Source: Oceanispirochaeta sp. | GTDB lineage: Bacteria; Spirochaetota; Spirochaetia; DSM-2461 | Reading direction: 5' to 3' | Length of the DNA stretch: 64,000 nucleotides | Assembly: GCA_963663385.2 (NCBI GenBank) | Contig: CAXXXD010000003.1 | Coordinates: forward strand, 96,001 to 160,000 | In this document: positions 58,498 through 64,000 of the stretch, in pieces | Position numbering within the stretch: the stretch's first letter is position 1 | Layout: each line of letters starts with the position of its first letter | Translations under genes and position numbers: made by a program | The notes under the pieces: generated by a model | Databases searched by the model: none | The model's input: only the letters and a program-made list of their open reading frames with translations | Told to the model about the DNA's origin: nothing

Positions 58498-60420
58498 TTA
58501 CTGCCTGATGAAGAACTGGCTCGGATTGGCTACGCCGAGGTAGCGGGTTTCATCGGTCTGGTACAAGCCTTCGGGGAAGTTTCTGAGGTTGTTCTGTACG
58601 ACCCATAGCTTCGGCTGATTACCGACATAACCGATCATCCAGAGATTTTTTTCATGAAGAGACATGATCTCATCTCCGTATTTATTGATATCTTCCTTGT
58701 TCGTCGCGGAGGCAAGCTTGTTCCAGTTGTCAAGGAGAGCTGCAACATCGCCCTCAGGTTTGACCCCTTCCGCTCCTTTGGTGGAGGTATAGAGCCCGTA
58801 TGATCCGTACCATTCGGTAAGAACTCTGAGAGGAACAACCACATCGGGTCTGAGGGCTACGTTGAATACGCTGAAAACATTTGTTGATGCTTCCAGCTGG
58901 TTGTTGTATTTAAGTTCATCGAAAAGAGTTCTGTCGACACCTTTTACGACTGTTTTTATTCCCACAGCGTTCCAGTAGCTCTTTACAAGTTCCATGGACT
59001 TTTCTACATGGGCTCCATCTGTAGAGTTGTAATGGAGAATCAGAGTCAGGTCGGAGCCGTCGGGCAGAGTCCTGTATTTACGGGCGCTGTCCCAGGACAG
59101 ATTCGCCTTATCAAAAAACCTGGCTGCCATATCAGTATCGTATTGAGTCAGTTTATTTGTCCAGATTTCCGAGTAGTTGGCCATGCCTTCGCTCATTGAT
59201 GCCTGCCGGGGCTCTCCCCAACCGTCATAGACAATTTCGTTAATCTCTTCCCTGTTAATGGCAACGGAGAGTCCGGAACGGAAATTCACGTCCTGGAAAA
59301 GAACTCTTAGGGCGGGATCTTCTGCAGTCTGGTTTAATGCCACACTCTCAGTCTTAGGTTCCCTCCATTTTACAACTCTGAAATCGCCTCTTTCCCTGTT
59401 TTCCATAAAAAGGGGATATTTTTCAACGCTTGTCACATCGTGGATATCAATTTCCCCGGCAATGGCTTTCAGGTCTCTGTTGTTATCCTCTTCAACTCTT
59501 TCCAGAACAATTCTGTCGATATAGGGAAGCTGGTTTCCTTCGGCATCCGTTTTGAAGTAATAGGGATTTCTTTCCCAGATTATCTGCGCTTCATCGGGGC
59601 TGTTTTTTGCTACCCAGGGGCGGATAGTCGGTCTGTCGGGCCAGATCCAGTAGTAATAACCGGTCCATTTGCCCATGGAATTTACATCGTTGAATCCTTT
59701 CTCATTGGCGATCTGAAGGGCTTTCTCTTCTCCGACGAATTCGGGAAGAATGGTTTTGTAGTAGTGTGCGGGCGCGAAAAACCATTTGTTGTCAATGGTC
59801 AACCTTTCCAGGAAGAGGGGGAAGGGATATGCGTGTGTTACCTTTACAGTGTACCGGTCCACTTTTTCCACTTCCGATTGGACCTTCTCTCCCGTCTCGG
59901 GATTAACGGAATAATAGCAGTTGTAGAGTTTTTTTCCGAATGTACCTGGGATAAGCATATGCTCCCAGTAGAAAAGAACGTCATCTGCGTCAAAATCCAC
60001 ACCGTCGGACCACTTCATTCCTTCGCGAAGATAGATGGTGTATTCAGTGCTGTCGCTGTTGACATCATACCCTTTGGCGACGTTGGGGATCAGTCCCGTT
60101 CCGTCGGGGGTGAATCGGAAAAGGCATTCTACACTGATGTTTCCCATTTTCCATTTATCATCCATCCCTTTCCAGGCATAGTTCAGGTCTCCCCCGTACT
60201 GGCCGATCTCTTCGACCACTTCTTCGATCATGGGATCTTTAGGAATCCTCTGATCAAGGGCGGGGAGTTTTCCAGCCTCTACCAGTTCATGGAGCATTGG
60301 CGCTTCATGCCATTCATTGCCGCCTTTTACTGCAGTTTCAGCGGTATCCTGCTGGCCGTTAGCCATTAGCAGAGCAGCCGAACTGATCATCAGTAAAACC
60401 AACGTGAATACTTTCTTCAT
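58498..60420 (-). CDS. family 5 ABC substrate-binding protein (likely oligosaccharide)
   Basis: EAPML...GKLP, LREGMKWSDG, RNPYYFKTDAEGNQLPYID. Confidence 0.92.
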   Translation of the reverse strand: MKKVFTLVLLMISSAALLMANGQQDTAETAVKGGNEWHEAPMLHELVEAGKLPALDQRIPKDPMIEEVVEEIGQYGGDLNYAWKGMDDKWKMGNISVECLFRFTPDGTGLIPNVAKGYDVNSDSTEYTIYLREGMKWSDGVDFDADDVLFYWEHMLIPGTFGKKLYNCYYSVNPETGEKVQSEVEKVDRYTVKVTHAYPFPLFLERLTIDNKWFFAPAHYYKTILPEFVGEEKALQIANEKGFNDVNSMGKWTGYYYWIWPDRPTIRPWVAKNSPDEAQIIWERNPYYFKTDAEGNQLPYIDRIVLERVEEDNNRDLKAIAGEIDIHDVTSVEKYPLFMENRERGDFRVVKWREPKTESVALNQTAEDPALRVLFQDVNFRSGLSVAINREEINEIVYDGWGEPRQASMSEGMANYSEIWTNKLTQYDTDMAARFFDKANLSWDSARKYRTLPDGSDLTLILHYNSTDGAHVEKSMELVKSYWNAVGIKTVVKGVDRTLFDELKYNNQLEASTNVFSVFNVALRPDVVVPLRVLTEWYGSYGLYTSTKGAEGVKPEGDVAALLDNWNKLASATNKEDINKYGDEIMSLHEKNLWMIGYVGNQPKLWVVQNNLRNFPEGLYQTDETRYLGVANPSQFFIRQ

Positions 60421-60538
60421 TTGCGTCTCCTTCTTTTTGCATCTGCCGCCATTGCACTGTCATGTGTTACGACAGCAGATAATTCATTTTCTTTGGAATC
60501 CCTATGGCCGAAACAACTCGTTCATAGCTATCTCCCTT

Positions 60539-60665
60539 ACTTACACGCGTCACTGACTCGTGTAAGTAATACTCTCACGGGTTTTTTCAGCTGTCAAGGA
60601 ATCATTTTCTATAAAATTCAACCATTTTCCCCTGTAAGTAAAAGAATTTACTTTCACGTGTAAGT
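60539..60665. promoter_or_regulatory. divergent promoter region with three LacI-type operators
   Basis: ACTTACACGCGTCACT (60539-60554), ACTGACTCGTGTAAGT (60552-60567), ACTTTCACGTGTAAGT (60650-60665); minus-strand TTGACA at 60592-60597. Confidence 0.8.
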
Positions 60666-60783
60666 TAGTTATGTTAGTATATTGAAAGAGGCTGGCTGCA
60701 GGCATGTCTTCTGCCGGCCGGTAAGTCGCTCCGGGATCACAAGGTGATGAGGATCGAGTCCGGAAGCCGCCTGAGGAGATATA

Positions 60784-62082
60784 ATGGACAGCTGTTACGA
60801 CCTGACGCCTAAAGTAGTGCTAAAGGGGAATGCCGTTGATTTTAAACTGCGGCCCCTGTATGAACCGAACCCGGCAGCAATGCAATCTTCATTGATTCTG
60901 AAAATACGTTCTCTGAATAATTTCAGGGATATCAGGGAAATCCCCGTTACTTCCGATCCCTCCGGTGAATTCCAATTCCGCTTAAATCCCTGTGAATATG
61001 GAGAGTATACGGTTTCACTGGATTTTCCGGAAAGACCGGATAAACCCCTGATCGCTGCGGCATTTTACGCAGTGGGAAGGGACCTTCTGAATCTGCGGCC
61101 CTATAAGGGGGACCTCCATTTACATACCTACTATTCCGACGGCAGAGAATCCCCCGCCTATATGGTTGCCCACGCCAGATCCCTCGGACTTGATTTTGCA
61201 GCCATAACCGATCACCGCTATTACGAATCGTCTCTGGAAGCTATGGAGAGGGCGGAGCAGTTCAATATGGATATTCTGCTGTTCCCGGGAGAGGAAGTAA
61301 ACTATTACCTGGGGCTGGGGCATATTATTTCGCTTAATGCGGACAGATCGATTGAGGACATGGTCCTCGGCATGAGCTGCACCACGGACGAGCTGACCCA
61401 TCGCATCGCGGCGGAAGTCCGGGAGGATCTCCGGAAACTGGAACTAATGCCTGGTACGGACAGATCTTTATTCGGTTATTACTACGGGATTGTAAAGATG
61501 ATTCACCAGGCCGGAGGTTTCGCCGTCACGGCACACCCCTGCTGGACCTCCGGCGGGACCTATGATCTGATGAGGAAAACCTATGAACAGGTACTGGATA
61601 GCCGGATTTTTGATGCCGTTGAAGTTTTCGGTGATCAGGGATTTGAAAAGAACATGCTCTCTCTTGCCAGGATAAGCCAATACTGTGCGGAAAACTCCAA
61701 AGCACCCCTGCTGGGCAGTTCCGATGCTCACAAGGCCCATCGTCACAGTATGGGACAAATATGGACTATCGTTTTTGCTGATACTTTGAGCCGTAAAGGA
61801 GTTCTTCAGGCAATAAAGGAGGGCAGAACCGTACCCTGCGTTACTTCCGGTACCGGAGACGATACCGTTGCGACAGGCGATACGGAACTGGTGGAGTACG
61901 GCTATTTCCTCCTAAGAGAGTTTTTTCCCAGGCACGACGAAATTTGCGCGGCACTGGGCGGAATGTATAAAGCGGCCCTGCGGTCGGGAGAGCGCCCTGA
62001 GGGAACAGAGAAACTGAAGACGGAGCTTCTCAGTTATTATGATGAATGTTTCGCTTCTGAAAACGCCGTATCTGCGCAATGA
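60784..62082 (+). CDS. PHP-domain metallo-phosphoesterase
   Basis: GDLHLHTYYSDG, AITDH, PGEE, AHP, GSSDAH. Confidence 0.85.
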   Translation: MDSCYDLTPKVVLKGNAVDFKLRPLYEPNPAAMQSSLILKIRSLNNFRDIREIPVTSDPSGEFQFRLNPCEYGEYTVSLDFPERPDKPLIAAAFYAVGRDLLNLRPYKGDLHLHTYYSDGRESPAYMVAHARSLGLDFAAITDHRYYESSLEAMERAEQFNMDILLFPGEEVNYYLGLGHIISLNADRSIEDMVLGMSCTTDELTHRIAAEVREDLRKLELMPGTDRSLFGYYYGIVKMIHQAGGFAVTAHPCWTSGGTYDLMRKTYEQVLDSRIFDAVEVFGDQGFEKNMLSLARISQYCAENSKAPLLGSSDAHKAHRHSMGQIWTIVFADTLSRKGVLQAIKEGRTVPCVTSGTGDDTVATGDTELVEYGYFLLREFFPRHDEICAALGGMYKAALRSGERPEGTEKLKTELLSYYDECFASENAVSAQ

Positions 62083-62939
62083 CTGGGGCGCTTCAACACA
62101 ATAAAAGTGCTATATTGACGCCTATGGATGACTTATCCTATAAAGTACGTTTCTGCAGAAAAGAAGATCCCTCTCCCGGTTGTATGACCGGTCCCGGGGA
62201 GAGTGACTGCTTCACCGCTCTCTTCGTGGAACGGGGAGGGGGAATCCTGAAAATCGGAGGACGGCCTTATCCTTTGACCGGAGGATTGTGTTTTATCGGT
62301 TTTCCCGGTGATCAACTGATTTACCAGGCCGATGAGGTCAATCCATGGAGTATCGCTCTTATCGGCTTCCGGGGGCCGGGACTGGCCGATGTTTTCAATT
62401 CCTGGGGATTGTCTCCCGATTCTCCCGTCTTTTCCTTTGATGATACATGCCGCGCTTTCTATTATATGGATGAGATTCTGGAAAACCGGAATGGATCTCC
62501 GGGGGCCCTGTGGCGGGTAACGGGAAATCTGTTTAAAGTCATCGGGGAGATAGAACGATTTACTCAAGGCAGTCGGCATAAAGAGATGCTTAAGCCTGTG
62601 GAAAAAGCCATCCGGTTTATGGACAGGAATTACACCCGGCCCGTTGCCGTGACCGATATTGCTGCCCATGTCTGCCTGGAACGGAGCTATTTTTCTCGGA
62701 TTTTCAAGGAACAGACCGGAGAGACCCCGCGAGACTATCTTCATCGTTGTCGTATGGACAAAGCCATGGAGCTGCTGCTTTCCACTACGTACAGCGTCGA
62801 GCTTGTTGCCGGATCTGTCGGATATGAAGACCCTCTCCATTTCAGCCGTAACTTTAAGGTGTACAGCGGCTATTCGCCCAGGAGCTACAGACTGAAAGGG
62901 AGACAGAATTCGGATAAAGGCACAAATATCCATAAATAG
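62079..62939 (+). CDS. AraC family transcriptional regulator
   Basis: YFSRIFKEQTG, GYEDPLHFSRNFK. Confidence 0.92.
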   Translation: MTGALQHNKSAILTPMDDLSYKVRFCRKEDPSPGCMTGPGESDCFTALFVERGGGILKIGGRPYPLTGGLCFIGFPGDQLIYQADEVNPWSIALIGFRGPGLADVFNSWGLSPDSPVFSFDDTCRAFYYMDEILENRNGSPGALWRVTGNLFKVIGEIERFTQGSRHKEMLKPVEKAIRFMDRNYTRPVAVTDIAAHVCLERSYFSRIFKEQTGETPRDYLHRCRMDKAMELLLSTTYSVELVAGSVGYEDPLHFSRNFKVYSGYSPRSYRLKGRQNSDKGTNIHK

Positions 62940-62989
62940 ACAACATGCATCTCTATTGATCCTCCTGATTGGAAACTAGTATCTCCCTG

Positions 62990-63883
62990 ATGACTGTTAT
63001 GGCAATAATACTGATTCTGATCTCAGCCGGCCTTCACGCCGGCTGGAACCTTATTTCCAAATCGGGAAACCCGTCTCCTCTCTACTTTCTTATTCTCACT
63101 CTCTCATCGGCAACGATTCTGTTTCCCTTTCTGGTGATGAACGGAGGAGGGGGGCAGACTATTCCCGGGCGGTTCTGGTTTCTACTGACCCTTACAGGGT
63201 TCTTTCAGGCTCTTTATTACACCGGTCTGGCCAAAGCCTACAGCCATGGGGACATTTCGCTGGTCTATCCGCTGATCAGAGCCATACCCGTGCTGATGGT
63301 GCCTCTGGTCACATCAGCCGCCGATCTCGGTTCTCCCCTGTCGGGACGGGCTCTGGCCGGTATGACTCTTATCGGAATCGGCTGCATTTTCATACCTGTC
63401 AGGAATTTTAAAACATGGCATATCCGTGACTATTCAGGCCCCGCTCTGCTCTGGGTGCTGCCCGGTGCCGTCGGGACGACGGGCTACACCATTATCGACA
63501 GCGTTGCCATGGATCTACTGGATCCCCGTTTTTTCCCCCTGCCGATCAGCCTTGTCTACAGCGGTTTCATCAACCTGGCTATACTGCCCTGGCTGATGCT
63601 GTCTGTCTCCCTGCTGTCGGGCTGGGGCGACGGGAAAAACTTTCAGGGGAGGAAGATCCTCTCTCCCCTGATTGCCGGACTGGCGGTCAGTCTTTCCTAT
63701 ATGTTCGTCCTGGCCTCAATGAAGCACGTGACCAATGTCAGCTATGTGGCTGGATTCCGACAGCTGAGCATTCCACTGGGTGTTTTGCTGGGGGGGACCA
63801 TTTTCAAGGAGACTCTGTATATCCCCAGGATTATCGGATGTGTTTTTATCGTTGCCGGTCTGTTTTTTACCGCCCTGTTTTAG
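62990..63883 (+). CDS. EamA/DMT family transporter
   Basis: HAGWN, GDISLVYPL, YTIID, RQLSI...FKE; about 10 TMs. Confidence 0.88.
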   Translation: MTVMAIILILISAGLHAGWNLISKSGNPSPLYFLILTLSSATILFPFLVMNGGGGQTIPGRFWFLLTLTGFFQALYYTGLAKAYSHGDISLVYPLIRAIPVLMVPLVTSAADLGSPLSGRALAGMTLIGIGCIFIPVRNFKTWHIRDYSGPALLWVLPGAVGTTGYTIIDSVAMDLLDPRFFPLPISLVYSGFINLAILPWLMLSVSLLSGWGDGKNFQGRKILSPLIAGLAVSLSYMFVLASMKHVTNVSYVAGFRQLSIPLGVLLGGTIFKETLYIPRIIGCVFIVAGLFFTALF

Positions 63884-63957
63884 CAATGCACCGCCTTGAG
63901 CTTTCAGGCCGGGGCGATCAATTGTCATTATCCGGAATTCCGGATTGAGGAGATGTA

Positions 63958-64000
63958 ATGCTGGATGTCAAAGACAAACCGATCAGACCATCGAGAATAC
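63958..64000 (+). CDS. start of a CDS running off the window
   Basis: GAGGAG RBS then ATG, MLDVKDKPIRPSRI open to the edge. Confidence 0.4.
   Translation, partial: MLDVKDKPIRPSRI

Noticed and set aside
59440..60369. 309-aa plus-strand ORF
   Set aside because: Shadow of the family-5 binding protein gene
62133..62933. 266-aa minus-strand ORF
   Set aside because: Shadow of the AraC gene

Overview
Bacterial chromosomal window, most likely from a free-living Spirochaetaceae member (inferred from FAGGQKE/NGQQD-type binding-protein N-termini, many lipoproteins and the FliM/FliG type). No rRNA, tRNA, CRISPR array, transposase or integrase was recognised. Layout: (1) 0.3-8.4 kb amino-sugar/glycoside catabolic operon (ROK kinase, NagB/AgaI-like, an internally deleted ROK repressor, sugar ABC transporter, non-pyrrolysine MttB-family protein, GH4). 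(2) 8.4-17 kb two-component pair, porin-like protein, orphan flagellar-switch operon with a FliM-FliG(middle) fusion, RhlE helicase and a diguanylate cyclase. (3) 17-24.4 kb PrkA-DUF444-SpoVR-PrkA operon. (4) 24.5-43.7 kb region tied together by four copies of the palindrome ACTAACYAAAGTTAGY, around a membrane-bound LuxR-type regulator and a small Asp-rich protein ending in YWDV. It is interrupted by AT-rich accessory DNA and a ROK/ABC/GH20 cassette flanked by a decayed duplication. (5) 43.9-63.9 kb LacI-type regulon with five operator copies covering an MCP, a surface lipoprotein, a family-5 ABC importer, a glycoside hydrolase and three phosphoesterase folds. The most speculative and potentially novel item is a possible one-component, ComQXPA-like signalling system at 26-27.9 kb. 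All protein calls come from motif recognition by eye; no searches were run.
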